Below are positions 12,708-24,743 of a stretch of 64,000 nucleotides of DNA, in pieces; the first letter of the stretch is position 1, and every line of letters begins with the position of its first letter. Source of the stretch: Trichodelitschia bisporula (Eukaryota); contig ML996704.1 of NCBI GenBank assembly GCA_010356995.1, positions 682,001 through 746,000 of the forward strand. Reading direction: 5' to 3'. The notes below the pieces were generated by a model, which had not been told where the DNA came from, searched no databases, and worked only from the letters and a program-made list of their open reading frames with translations. The position numbers and the translations under genes were made by a program.

Positions 12708-13088
12708 ATGCACATCACAAAACCCCTCCTCCTGCTCCTAACCTCAAGCTTCAGGTCCGCCTCCCTCTCCCTCCCCACCCGCACTAAATCCCCCTCACAG
12801 CGTCTCCGCCCTCGGCCCCCGCTACGAATGCCGCTGCACCAGCCCGCGCGGCCGCGACGACATCCGCACCCGCGCCTGCTGCGCCGACATGAACGGCAAC
12901 GCTCTCCCCTTCGGCAACTGGAACTACTACCCCGAGCTGGGGCACATGTGCGCGAACCCGACGGCGCGGTTTCAGTGGAAGGAGGAGTTTGAGGAGTGTT
13001 GTATTGCTAAAGGTAGGTGATGGTATGGATGAGAAGGGAGGTGGCTGACGGTGGTGTAGGGGCGTTTGGGTCGAGTTGTTGGACTTGA
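12708..13088 (+). CDS. Small secreted cysteine-rich protein (~95 aa, 8 Cys), 2 introns
   Basis: Manual splicing: MHITKPLLLLLTSSFS|VSALGPRYECRC...ACC...HMC...EECCIAK|GAFGSSCWT*; both introns have GT, branch site and AG. Confidence 0.75.
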
Positions 13089-13508
13089 CGATGATAGTGG
13101 CGGGAGTTGACGAAGGGTTGCGGGAAGGGAGGGGAGAGTGGGGGAAGGGTTGAGGAGAGATGGGATGGGATGGTGCTTTGCATTGCGTTTGTGGTGAATT
13201 CAGTCTAATGTGTTGTGCCTACTGTCTGATGTGTCGTTCCCACAGTCTAATGCCTCGTTCCGCCAAGCCCCAATCCAGCCGCACGGCTGAAACCCACGAT
13301 GCACTCCCATGAACCGTCAAACAGCACCACCAGCCGCCATGGCGCTCACCAGCCGCAGTCCACCGCGGCAATACTCCACCGCCCTGGAACCCGCCCTCAC
13401 ACCCAGCGATGCCTACAACACTCCTCCGCATGTGACCTCCACAAACTCTCCACCCCACCAATCAGCGGCCTCCAGCTTGCCATCAAACATTCCCGTGCCT
13501 TTCCGGAA

Positions 13509-15429
13509 ATGGAACCGGAAGAACGCTCTACGCACGGCCCTCCGGCTTCCAAGGCTAGTACCTCTGAGCACAAGCCCCTCGCTGCCAAGGACAAGGCTGG
13601 GGATCCACCGCCCTCTTACGCCCAGAGCTCCGACAACTTTTACGAGCTCATCAAACCAGACGGTTGCGAGCCCCGTTCTTACACTTAGGATAATACCACC
13701 AACTCCTTCACTTACAAGGGCTTGAAGCACTGAGACTCCGAGGACCCCAAGTCTTCAACTCCGGCTTCCCTTTCTGAGGAAATCATCGCCGAAGGGTCTG
13801 AGGACGACATGGCTAACCGGGGCAAGAAGAAGAAGACGAAGAGCGAGTTGAAGAAGCTGCAGAAGGCCTTGGCTGAGCAGAACGCCGGCAACCAGGCTCC
13901 CCAGGACAAGAATGCAAAGGCGATGGAGCCTGCCCAGGGAGAAAATGCCAAGAACATCAAGCCTCCCCAGGATCAGGAGCTGGACGTCAAGAAGCGCGCC
14001 AATGTTCCGATGCCGGACGTCAAGAAGCACGACAATCTTCCGAAGCCGGCCACCCCGAAGCGCGACAATACTCCGAAGCCAAAGGCCACGACGCTCGAAT
14101 TCATGATGGGGACGTCCGATGCTGTGGATAACATGCTTGAGGCCGAGCTCCGGTACGCTGAGGAGGCGCACAAGGCTAAAGTTGCGTCGCGCATGGCTAC
14201 CCCTGAGAAGTTTCAAGATGTGCCGACGATCATCGGTGTCGCGCCGAACGGGGAGGAGTTCTTGCCAGAGCTCGCGCCCTCCATCAAGTGGAGGTCGAGG
14301 CGGGTCGAGCAGATGAAGGAAGCCAAGTCAAGCGGTGATCAAACTGCGAAGTCGTACACGGATCCCAACAACGTGAGTAGTTCTCAGAGCGTGAATCTGG
14401 CACAAGGAACTGACCCTGCAGAAGTCCAATCAAGACATTCCGAAACTTTGTGAAGGTGTGCGCAAGATCATGGTCCCTCGGACGACGGACGGAGAGAAGC
14501 AGCAGATCAAAAGCCCTGGGAAGCGGCGTAAGTGTTGGCCTAAGGAGTAGCACAAGAATCGCTCACTAACAGAGGATAAAGCAGCGCCTCCGCTGGACGA
14601 AGCTGCCCAGGAGCTGGATGGACTTACGCAGCTTGCAGAAAAACAGCTCGAAACCCAGCGCGCCATGATCGGCTATCTCCGCCGCGAAGTGAGCGCCCTG
14701 CGCTACATCAAAGACTATCTGTCCGACAAGGCCGAAAAGCAGGCTCTGATGATCGGCACTCTCACGCGTGCCAACGACAGACTCAATCGGCACCTGTTGA
14801 CCTTGGAGCCCTACTTCGAGGCTAGGAACAACCCAGAGGCCAATCTTGCCGAGCTCCACCGCAAACACGAACATCTCGTCGAAAACCTTCGCACGGGCGA
14901 CGCAAAGGCCTTCGCCACCACCGCCGGTGTGACGCGTCGGCACTGGGAGGTCGCGGCCGAGGAAGTTCATGGCATGTGGGTGGATGCGGCGTCGCGCTCG
15001 CAGGCGGCTTGGAAGCGCTCCCCGGAGTACAAGGATCGTGCTTGGCCTTACCTGGGTGGAGATGGCAAGCCCATCGGCCCGAAGGAATCTGACCCTGCGT
15101 CGGACATTGGGTCGGACAACTCGGTTGGTTTCAGCAACATCTCCCGTAGTCCCGGTGGGAGCGGAGGTAAGCCGGTTCGTCCGTGGGCGCCTGTCACTTC
15201 GGCTGGCGAGGAGTCCTCTGGTAGCCAGGCGGAGCCTGAGAACCAGGAGCCGGCGAATATCTGGAAGAGCACGGCGACCAATGTGGAGACCACATGGCTG
15301 AAAGCCGGCCACAAGGTCTCGGATGCTTGGGTCAAGATGAAGGGTGAAGCATACGGCAAGTATCGCGATACCAATGTCGAGACGAGTGATGAGACCAACA
15401 CCGACACCGAGACCGAGGAGGACGAGTAA
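13509..15429 (+). CDS. Hypothetical charged/coiled-coil protein, multi-exon; start uncertain (13509 or 13809)
   Basis: ORFs 13809-14453 and 14665-15429 join in frame through introns GTGAGT..CTGAC..CAG (~14373-14420) and GTAAGT..CTAACAG (~14528-14572). Confidence 0.65.
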
Positions 15430-17213
15430 AGGGTCAATGGAATAACGGGGGTCGCTCATGAACTCCAATATTCCTAACGACTCAACTTTCTGATGTAGTC
15501 ATCTGCTTTCTCCTTAGCTTGCGATAGAAAAAAAAAGAGTTGCTGCTCTTGCTTTTGCTCACAACGTGATACTTACTCAGCCACATATTCGCTGGGCATG
15601 TGAGAGAGTCGGCGGTATACTTTCCCTCTTGGGCTTTCAGCACAAGCGACCGAAGGAAGACTCAAGCTTTCCGCAATTGCCGCTACTGAGATACTCAACA
15701 ACATTTCCGCGAGCCCGGTTTCTCGTGATCGAAGTGATCGCTTCACACTACCGACTTCGCCATAGAACCCCACAGCCTCAAAAAGATCGTCGTCAACGTC
15801 ATCCCAAACACATCTATAGTACGGCAACTTTTCTTCGCCTTCAATGACAACCAATCCTGAGGATCCGAGCCATCATTCGTACAGCAAATCCCATCCCTGG
15901 ACGAGGAAGCAAATGAAGCCGCGTCACTATTATCCAAAGTCCGGGAAATCAACGCGATCAGAGTATGTGCGCACGCGCGTAGTGCACAGCCAATTGTCTG
16001 CAGCGAGCCGTGGATAGCAAGGCCTATAGAATCGGTAAATGGTATCGTGGGTAGAGCTTAATTCATTCGTGTCGGCCCCCCTCGACATCAGGTTCAGGAA
16101 TGGCGAGATGACGGCTCGCTGCCGCGGCACTTGACCAGCAGATCGACGAAAGGAAGCAAACCCGGATGGGGCGGCGACTCATGTAATATGGGTACAGGTT
16201 CTGAATGTTGGTCTTCGAAGGTGGAATACGAGTGTAATAGAGTGGTGCGAGACGAGACGACGTTGATCTCAGGCGCGCTTGGACAGGGTTTCTGCCTGAG
16301 GCCGTCATCGACTTTGCATTGACGTCCACTCTTGACCCGCTCTTCATGATCTTACATATCACGCATAGCTTATTCACACGCTGCATCTTCGGCTTACCAT
16401 ACCAGTGTCGAAGTTCATTTCTCTGTGCCTGGTACCACTCGCGGTCTGCCCTGAAAGACGCCGAATTATCACACTTCCCAGGCACATCAAATCCAAATGA
16501 TCGACAGCATCAAGCTCTAGGCCTGAGTCTTAGCATCATCAACATGCATCTCACGATCAGCACCGGCTACGACCCATATATCCATGTTCTGCACAAGAGC
16601 ACGAAATCCAGGCATGCGCCCGAAAAGTGCAGGGAGGTCTACCGCACGTAGGCCACCTAACCCTACTTTAGCCCTCGAACCGTGCCCATCAAGCTACTGT
16701 CTTCATCTGCAGCAATGCTTAATCTCGCAACACGGACTCCACCGTCCCAAATTCTTGGAAATCCACGTAGGCGACCACACTCACGCTTGCCCATAATGTT
16801 TACCCCAGACAGCCCCTCGTCTTCCCCAGCATTGGCACCTTTGCCTCTTCTGGTCCTGTCTCCTCGATTTAGTCTCTGTATGGTCATCCTATTCGGGTTG
16901 ATATTGGCGAGAGAAATAACAGCCAGCATCGCCATATCGCCTCTCCTTTCCGTGCCTCGTGATCCGGTTGTGAAGTTCAGCCGACGCACGCGAGCAATAT
17001 GCCCACATTAGCATCCGTCATCACTCTCCTTATTCCCACATCCTTCATCACCACCCCCTCCATCCACCCACACACCGGGTACGGCAAACTCCGAGGACGC
17101 ATCCGATCCGACGTATATAAGTACATCCCTCCGTAGTCTTCATCCGACCGTCAGCACCAACCAACTCCACTCATTCCACCAACACTCCTTTCCAACCAAA
17201 TACACTCGCTAGA

Positions 17214-17773
17214 ATGAAGTACTCAATCATCCTCGGCTTCGCAGCCGTAGCCCTCGCTCTCCCGCAACGCGGTTCGTCCCTCCACCCCAGCACACAACCC
17301 AACTAACCCCATCAGGCCAACGCGGCGGCGGCGGCAGCCCTCGTGGCAACGGTGGTGGTTACCGCGGTAATGGCGGCGGTCCCCGCGGCAATGGCGGCGG
17401 CTACCGCGACGGCGGCCGGGACTGGGACCGCGGAGGCCGTCCCGGCGGCGTGGTGGTCGTCGGTGGCGGCCCCAGCTGGGGACCCGGCGGGTACTACGGT
17501 GACAGCATTGTCGGGGACATTGCCGGCGGGTTTGCGGAGGGGATTGGCGAGGGGATTGCCGATGCACTCTATGGCGACTGGTGGAACAGGAAGGATGCGA
17601 ATAACCCTGAGGGTGCGGAGGGCGCTGAGGCTGCGGAGGGCGCAGAGGTTGCGCCTGTACCTACCGAGGAGCAGGCTGCTCCAGTTGAGGCTGCGCCACC
17701 TGCTGAGGTCCCGGCTGTGGAGGAGGTGAAGCCGCAGGAGCCTGCTGCGCTTCCTGCTCCTGCTCCTCAGTAG
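17214..17773 (+). CDS. Secreted Gly/Arg-rich protein with acidic Ala/Glu/Pro tail, 1 intron
   Basis: TATATAA near 17114; MKYSIILGFAAVALALPQR| then RGNGGG repeats continuing into ORF 17450-17773. Confidence 0.8.
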
Positions 17774-18435
17774 GAGTTGGAGGGCTGGCTTAAATGATTG
17801 CTGTCAGTGTAATTTCTTCTTGTTTGATGTCTTGGTGCAGACAGTGTTGGCGAAATGAAGGACGGGCGCCAAATGTAAATACATTCGCAATTCAGAGTGC
17901 CTCTGCGTTCTGTGATCACTCTTTCGCGTTTCTCGGGACTCTTAGCCGGAGCTCCTTGAGCCAAAGTCACGGAAAATGTGTCCAGTCCCAATAGCGGCAT
18001 ACAGTGCTGGCCATATCTGCACTTTGTCAATGAGTGAACATTAACGCTCACATCGCAAAAAGTTACGTGGCCAGTGGTGAACAACAGTCTCCCCGGAACC
18101 GGAGTTGCAGCTTCCTGGTAGTCTGATTCCCTGGAAATGATACCGGGTTTGAGTGCTAAACCGATAATTCACTTTCAAGCTTCTCCAGGCACTATTAAAA
18201 TATCGAAATAGCGGAGGGGACAGGATTGATGCTGTAAAGCCTTGATCACGTTTCCTCTGACGTTCAAATTGGCCCATCTCGTTATTAGTGCCTTATTCTT
18301 GCCTGAAGATCAAGGCATAAGGTCGCGTCGCGTCGCCGAACCTCCGATGAGATCACTTCAAGCCACTGCATGCCCCTCACTCTGTATTGATCTGCATTTC
18401 GAACTCGTAACTTTTTGCGGCGAGCTCCTAGCAAC

Positions 18436-19819
18436 ATGGAGTCCCTATGCAGTACGCTGCATTTGGGTGAGAAGACTATTCATGGCAAGCACCAGCTCAA
18501 TTCTTGCTCTGCAACGGCTAACTCGCACAGATCTCCACCTTCATCCTGCTGGCGCTCCGACAGCATCTTCGAACCCACAGCCCCTCGAATTGACCCTCCT
18601 AGCCCTCGTCGACCCCTCTCGGATCCCATTATACCTAGCCTGCGGCCCCAGCTACCATGTCTACAGCGGATCCGAAGAGACGGAGGAATGGCTCAGCGAT
18701 ACCCTCTTCAGCACCCCGATAGCGAGCGATGGGAGCTGCTCGGAGACATGGTGGACCACCGGAACGCGACAGTCGGCGGTTGGAGTCCTCGTACGGATTG
18801 TACCGACACCAGAGAACCAGAAAGTGCTCCGCAAAGCGACAGAACTTCTGTTCTACGGAGTGATGGAAGGCCTGGATGGCAACTATCCCATCCCATCGTC
18901 AGATACGGCGACCGGTGACGCCTCAACCGCACAGCATGAACCTGTTTTCCGCGTCCGCGCATTACCCTTATGCTCAGACATCCACGCCCTCATCAACACC
19001 CCCCTCTCCCCGCCCCTCTCCCCCGCCCTCCCCGCAACCGAAGACGGAGCCCAATTCCTCCCCTCCTTCCAGGAAATGAAAGCCACCGCCCTCGCCACCC
19101 AAAACAAGCGCAAATACGTCGCAGACATGTTCGATGCCGCCACCGAGCGACGCAAGAAGGCAAAACGGGAAGGCGGACAGAGCGTGTCTGCCGCAGCCGC
19201 ACGACTAGACCCCATCCGGCCCGTGACGAGCTACATGTCGCAGCCGAATTCACCGCTCGAGGAGACGCAGGCCGAGTCTGGGGCTCGTGAGCGGGATCCC
19301 AGGCGCCATGTCGCGAGGTCGCGCAGTGTGTCTGAGAATCTGCTTGGGAGGAAGGGGTTGCTGGATGGGCCGGTAAAGCGCTCGCCTCTGTCGCGCGTGC
19401 AGACTAGTGCGGCGCTTGTGTCGGAGGATATCACTGAGGCTAAGAATAAGGAGACGTTGTCCAGGCTTGTCATGGCGGGAATGCGCTTCTATGGCTTGAC
19501 ACAGCGCAAGAAGCGGACGAGTCGCCACCCGTCTATGGCCTCTATCGACTTGGCGGGGATGGATAAGCCTCTGGCAGAGGAGGATGGCGACAAGGATGAG
19601 GAGTACAAGCTCGTGTATCACCAGGCGTACAAAACTTCAGCATTCGCATTCGTAAGTCGTCAATTGGTAGAAGTCCCGCGACACAATACTAATACATTAC
19701 AGAGAAAGCACATAGCCACCACACTCCTCCAACCCTCGCAGTTACAAGCCACAATTGACCGCATCCTCTCCCTCCTATGCACCGATCCCCTCGCCTCGCC
19801 CCTTATCCCAAGCGAATGA
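18436..19819 (+). CDS. Sld7 C-terminal-domain-like protein (putative replication factor)
   Basis: C-terminal NKETLSRLVMAGMRFYGL...EEYKLVYHQAYKTSAFAF|RKHI...LQATIDRILSLLC resembles fungal Sld7_C; likely ATG 18436 with a first intron. Confidence 0.7.
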
Positions 19820-19868
19820 AACCCAGCCGCTATCACCGCTCCACCCATACCCAGGCCACGTCATCCAC

Positions 19869-20168
19869 TCAAATCATCCCCACCGCCCCCCATCTCCGAC
19901 GCCTCCGTCCGGAACTGTAATCATAGTGACTCGGCCTATGCCCATCCATCCATGGCTCGAACCAATAATCATCCGGCCAGGCCCGGGCACCATATCCCGG
20001 AAACCCGCGAGGGCCGAACCGATTGCGCCCCAGGCGCCCCATGAGCGGATCATACCCAAGCCAGTCCAGGCCGGGCCGTTGCCGCAGTGCGAACGGGGCC
20101 CTATCCCAGAGCGGGTCGGGGTCGAAGTATGCGGGCCCTTCGCGGGCGTAGAGGGCGGTTTGGTACAT
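19869..20168 (-). CDS. Small orphan protein (99 aa), Trp/Tyr/Gly/Pro/Arg-rich
   Basis: TATAAG about 80 bp upstream, CA-rich leader, CCAACATG start context. Confidence 0.6.
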   Translation of the reverse strand: MYQTALYAREGPAYFDPDPLWDRAPFALRQRPGLDWLGYDPLMGRLGRNRFGPRGFPGYGARAWPDDYWFEPWMDGHRPSHYDYSSGRRRRRWGAVGMI

Positions 20169-20796
20169 GTTGGATTGAGGTATGTTGTTTCTGACTTTGA
20201 TTTTGACTTTGATGTGGACTTACGTTCTCGCAGGAGTGAGGGGGCTTATATGCGCTTTTGTGATGTGAATGATGGTGTCAGGGCTGTTTGTGCGGTATCA
20301 AGCGGCCACGAAGGGTCGTGAGGGAGTAGCAAACATGACGCCAAATCTCATGACAGTTTCTGGATGTAGGGCGGCATCTGTGGCACGTCCCACGAGGAGC
20401 GAGCTGGACCCTTTCTTTGATGTCAACGTTCCGCGGCCCGGCCGGAGCGGCTTCCAGGTGGTGAAGTTTGAGGAGCGGTTTGCTACCCGCTGCTTTTGAC
20501 TGACTGCCGCTTATGAGGCCACAGCCACCCCCACACGATGTTCGATATCGCCACGTTCTAGCGTCATAGCTGGTGTGACAGAAGATCAGACGCTCTTGAT
20601 GTCGGTGAGCAACTGACCCAGTTACCTACGTCGGCATCGCTTCGAACTTCCCGACACGTCATGAGGGGGAGTCATGGCACCACAGGAGAAGGTACCAAAA
20701 AAACACCACGCGCCCTCAATCAGCCCACCTAACAACACACCCTCCGCCAAAGAAAGTCTCCCCTCCGCCTCACTTCGTTCACCAGGCAAAAGATGA

Positions 20797-20903
20797 TGAC
20801 AAGAGTGGGATTCGAACCCACGCCTATTACTAGACCAGCACGTTCAACTCCGCTAAGAAGTCGAACCTGAAGCTGGCGCCTTAGACCGCTCGGCCATCTT
20901 GCC
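20797..20903 (-). tRNA. tRNA-Leu(CAG) with intron
   Basis: GGCAAGATGGCCGAGCGGTCTAAGGCGCCAGC-TT-CAG-G[intron]TGCTGG...GGTTCGAATCCCACTCTTGTCA followed by a T run. Confidence 0.93.
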
Positions 20904-21477
20904 GCTTTGATGGTGAGAGAAGAGGTGAGCAGGTCTACGACACGGCGGGTCTGCGGCGCGCCGGTCCGGACGACCGGACGCTGGTGACGGGTTTTCACAG
21001 GGCGGGCGGCACCCGCCGATCGTTGGTGAGGGGTTTCCACGAGGCGGACCTGGACCCGCTGGGCCGGCACGCGATCACGCACTCACCCGCGTGGCTAGCG
21101 CGTGGAACGCGGCCAGGGCGGGGCGCGTGGATTTCCAGAAGCGTATGCAGGGTCGCACTCGTACGCCTGATTGTGACTGGAGGGTGACGATGGGTTACGT
21201 CGGCGAGGGAGGTGACGTTTCTGGAAGCCGTATGGTTGTCTGCTTAGGTGATGCAAGAGGGAAGATTGAGTTGTTCGTCTTACTTTGGATTGTTAAGGAT
21301 GTGACGTCTCTGTCGGGATTGGTTGTTCTAGTCGTCTTGTGAAGGCGCAGGTCTGGTTGGGATCTATGGCAAGTTGCGGGCCATGGGAGGCTGATGGACT
21401 CCTGAGTACCCTGTACCGCCCTGTTTTGCCCGCCAGGGTATCAGGAAACAAGTGTTAATTTTGTCATCGAATTATCT

Positions 21478-21576
21478 GGCAAGGTGGCCGAGTTGGTTAA
21501 GGCGTCAGGTTAAGGTCTACCTTAGCACAATATCCTGATTCAGAAATGAGCACGAGTTCGAATCTCGTCCTTGTCA
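21478..21576 (+). tRNA. tRNA-Leu(AAG) with intron
   Basis: GGCAAGGTGGCCGAGTTGGTTAAGGCGTCAGG-TT-AAG-G[17-nt intron]TCCTGA...GTTCGAATCTCGTCCTTGTCA. Confidence 0.93.
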
Positions 21577-21949
21577 ACATCTTTTGCCAATTTCACATTG
21601 GTGATTCTTCCCTTTTGCCCAAAGAGTTGGGTTTTCTTAAAGCGGGAGCAAATTGCGGCATCGACACAACACAGTATGAAGCGGCAGGGCTACGACAGCT
21701 TATCGATATGGCAGCTAATGTCACTTTTTGCATCCGCAATGCTCAGCATGATAACGCGTAGTTGACTTGGGAAAGGACCGACGTACTGTAAGCTTTATGC
21801 GAACAATAATGACCACAGGTTAAGTCCTTCGACAAGAAGCCTCATGCCCTGCCTTGGTCTTTGGCAGTATTAACGGCATGAAAGCTATACACATTAGGAA
21901 AGGATACCAACTGTCTCCCCTCCCTCAACCCATCCCCCAACCCAGCCCC

Positions 21950-22910
21950 CTAGTACTCCGCAATAACAGTAACCTCCTCATCCTTCAACCCCATCTCCTC
22001 CCCCCTCCCATCCATAAATTCCTTCTGCACCTCCACCTTCCCCGCTGCCCCTCCACTCCCCTTCTCCATACCCCCATGAATAACCCCCCCAAGCCCCTCC
22101 CCAAAGTAATCCGGCACAGCCCTCCCATCCACCCCCCACCCCCTAATCGCCTCAAGCACCTCCACCGCCAACCCCCCATCTTTCCCCAACGCCCTCACCC
22201 AATGCCCCGGCAACCCCCCCTCCCCATCCTGCACATCCCCACCTACCACCAACCCGCGCGCCGCCCCGCCCACCGTCCACCGCCTAACCGCACTCCTCGG
22301 CCTCGCCTCCGAACACACGTACTGCACGCGCCGTAGGCACGGGTGCGTGCTCGTAGAGCGGTAATACGCAGCGAGTGCGCGGACAGCCGCGTGGGTCAGC
22401 TCAGGTGAGGACCATTTCTCGCCCATGAGAGCCAGGGCGTAGAGGGGGGTTAGGTCGTTTTCGCGCGAGCCAGGTGGGAGTACGGCGCTGTAGAGCCAGG
22501 AGACGAAGGCGGCGAAGGCGGCGGGGTCTTCGTCGGGGAGGCCGATGAGGTGGATTTTTTTCTGGTCTGGGCCGGCAGGGGCGGTTGAGGGGGAGCGGGC
22601 CTTGGGCGAGGCGGGCGGGGAGGGGGGGAGGGTGTTGGGCTTGGTGAGGGGGTGGGTTGGGTCGGTGGTTAGGGGGGGGGATTTCCCGGGCGGGGTGGGT
22701 GGGGTGGTGATGGGTGGTTGGGGTTGGAAGATGGAGGTGAAGAAGGGGGCTTTTGTGCAGAGGAGCTTTTCGTGGAGGACCCAGTGCGTGTTCTCTGAGC
22801 CGACGTATATATCCACGAGGTCGCGGGTCAGGAGTCTGCCGGGAAGGTCAGTAAGCAGATAGACGATTAGGAGGGGAGGCGGACTCGTTAAGAGGCTGAG
22901 ACGTGGACAT
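21950..22910 (-). CDS. BTB/POZ domain protein
   Basis: MSTSQPLNE|LLTRDLVDIYVGSENTHWVLHEKLLCTKAPFF...LPDEDPAAFAAFVSWLY. Confidence 0.85.
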
Positions 22911-23634
22911 CTTGCCAACGGGATGGGATTGGGCGGCCTAGTGCGAATCTGATATCCAGCCCTCGACAACCGTAGAGCTCGAAGGTGTAAAGCCGAATCA
23001 CCCGTTCTTAAGGCGGGACTCGCTACTTATGTCCCTCACACCACTGGGTCTGGGACCGTGACGACACGCCGCACAGATCCGGGCACGTGCGTCGAGGCGT
23101 ATATTGTATCACTCACGGTGCGGCTGGGGAATCGGGGATCTGACCGTTACATTCTAACGATGCTGGGGCGTGCTGCAGCTCCGCGCTTCATGACAGAGCA
23201 ACACTGCTGAGCTGGGCATATTTACGCGTCCAGACGATGTTGAAGATGCTGGTGAAGGAGTGCGGTCAGCGCTCCGCTGTTATCCGGGCCTTGTGGGGCG
23301 AGGATGGAGACGGATGGGGAAGGATGAGTTCTGGAGGGCGAACTGGGAATGATGTTAGCGAGGGGTCGTCGCTGGCCGGTGATGGGATTAGGATGTACCA
23401 TTAGTGACTACGGAGGTATGAAGATCTGATCGCGGGCAAAGGCTCTCAACAAAAGTACAGTAATTCGCGGGGCAGCGGTCGATCGTGACATTGAAGCGAT
23501 CGTGACATTGAAGTTGACGTCGCGCAGCTCCGACCCCCGACAAGCCGCAAGCCATCACAAGGCACCCCCAGGCATCAACCTCAAACTTCAACCGCACCTC
23601 ACCTCCGCCCTCCGCAACCCACACCAACACCACA

Positions 23635-24362
23635 ATGTTCCGCTTCCCCGACTCTCAGGCGTAAGCTACCCACCCTCTCCCCTTATACCCACTAACTAGC
23701 CCAGCGTCGCGCGCACCGACCTCGACTCCTCCCCCACCCCGCCGCCCTCTCCCCCGCCCGCCCTGCTCTCCGCGCTCGAGGCCCGCGCGCCGCTTACATT
23801 CGCCCCGGCCCCCGAGCGCATATCTGAACAAGTACATGAGGATGAGACGGAGGTCGAGTTTAGGCTGTTTGCTACGGAGAAGCCGCGGGCTATTCGTGTG
23901 CGCTCGCCGACGCCGAATTTGAACCCGGGCTTCGTGGCCCCGCGGCCGGAGGGGTGGTACCGCGCCCCCGGACCCGATGACCGGATGCACGCGGCTGCGG
24001 TTACAGGGAGGGATGTGGGAAGATGGGCGGGTGTGCGCTGGCCGGGGATGACGTACTCGTGGCGCGTGGTGCGGGTACGGGGGGAGGTTAAGGCGGGAGA
24101 GAGGGTAGAGGGGAAGATAGAGGGAGAGGAGCAGAGGGCGACGAAGAAGAAGAGGAAGGGGAAGAAAATGAGGATAGCGTTGAGGGAGAAGATTAAGATG
24201 GAGAAGGAGAAGGAGGTGCAGGAGAGGGCGAAGAAGGCGAGACGGAATCGGGAGAAGAAGTTTAAGAAGAGGGCGAGGGATAAGGTAAAGAGGGCTGCTG
24301 CGAGGGGGGAGGAGGGGGAGGGTGGGAGTGGGAGTGGGAGTGACGATGGGGGGAGCGAGTAG
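23635..24362 (+). CDS. DUF2011-like fungal protein, 1 intron
   Basis: MFRFPDSQA|VARTDL, EFRLF, GFVAPRPEGWY, WPG, RNREKKFKKRARDK. Confidence 0.75.
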
Positions 24363-24743
24363 GGATGGCACGTTGTGGGCTTGAGCCTGTGAGAGGATTG
24401 AGGCTTTCCACGTCGGAGAATTGGAGGGATTGGTAAGGGCACATGGGGATTTTCCTTCGAAGCTAACGAGAGACAGTGACCACGGCGTGGAAAAGCGTTC
24501 TGCATCATAGTAGAAGCTTGAGAACTGGGGATACGCCTTCCGGATGCCACTGACCCGCCCAAGTGGCCCTATGGCTGTCACTCAGATCTGCCCCTTCGGT
24601 CCTGATAGAGCTCAACATCACGGCCGAGTAGATCACAGGCATCACAGGACACAATCGCGCCTCCAATCTAGCATTCAAGAAATACACAAAAGTGGGATAT
24701 ACAACGAACAGGATATACATCTCTCAACCCACAACCCACACCC

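Noticed and set aside
12467..12787. His/Asn-rich and Thr/Ile-rich ORFs
   Set aside because: Translations of the ACC/ATA simple repeat; the real gene starts at 12708
15560..17011. Possible decayed gene with protein-like fragments and splice-like signals
   Set aside because: Could not assemble a consistent frame or recognise a family
17874..17881. TGTAAATA Pumilio-type element in a 3' UTR
   Set aside because: A single 8-mer is expected by chance in 64 kb; no link to the Puf gene can be shown
18485..18530. Possible GC-AG first intron in the Sld7-like gene
   Set aside because: A same-phase GT donor (GTGAGA) lies just upstream, so a GC donor is not required
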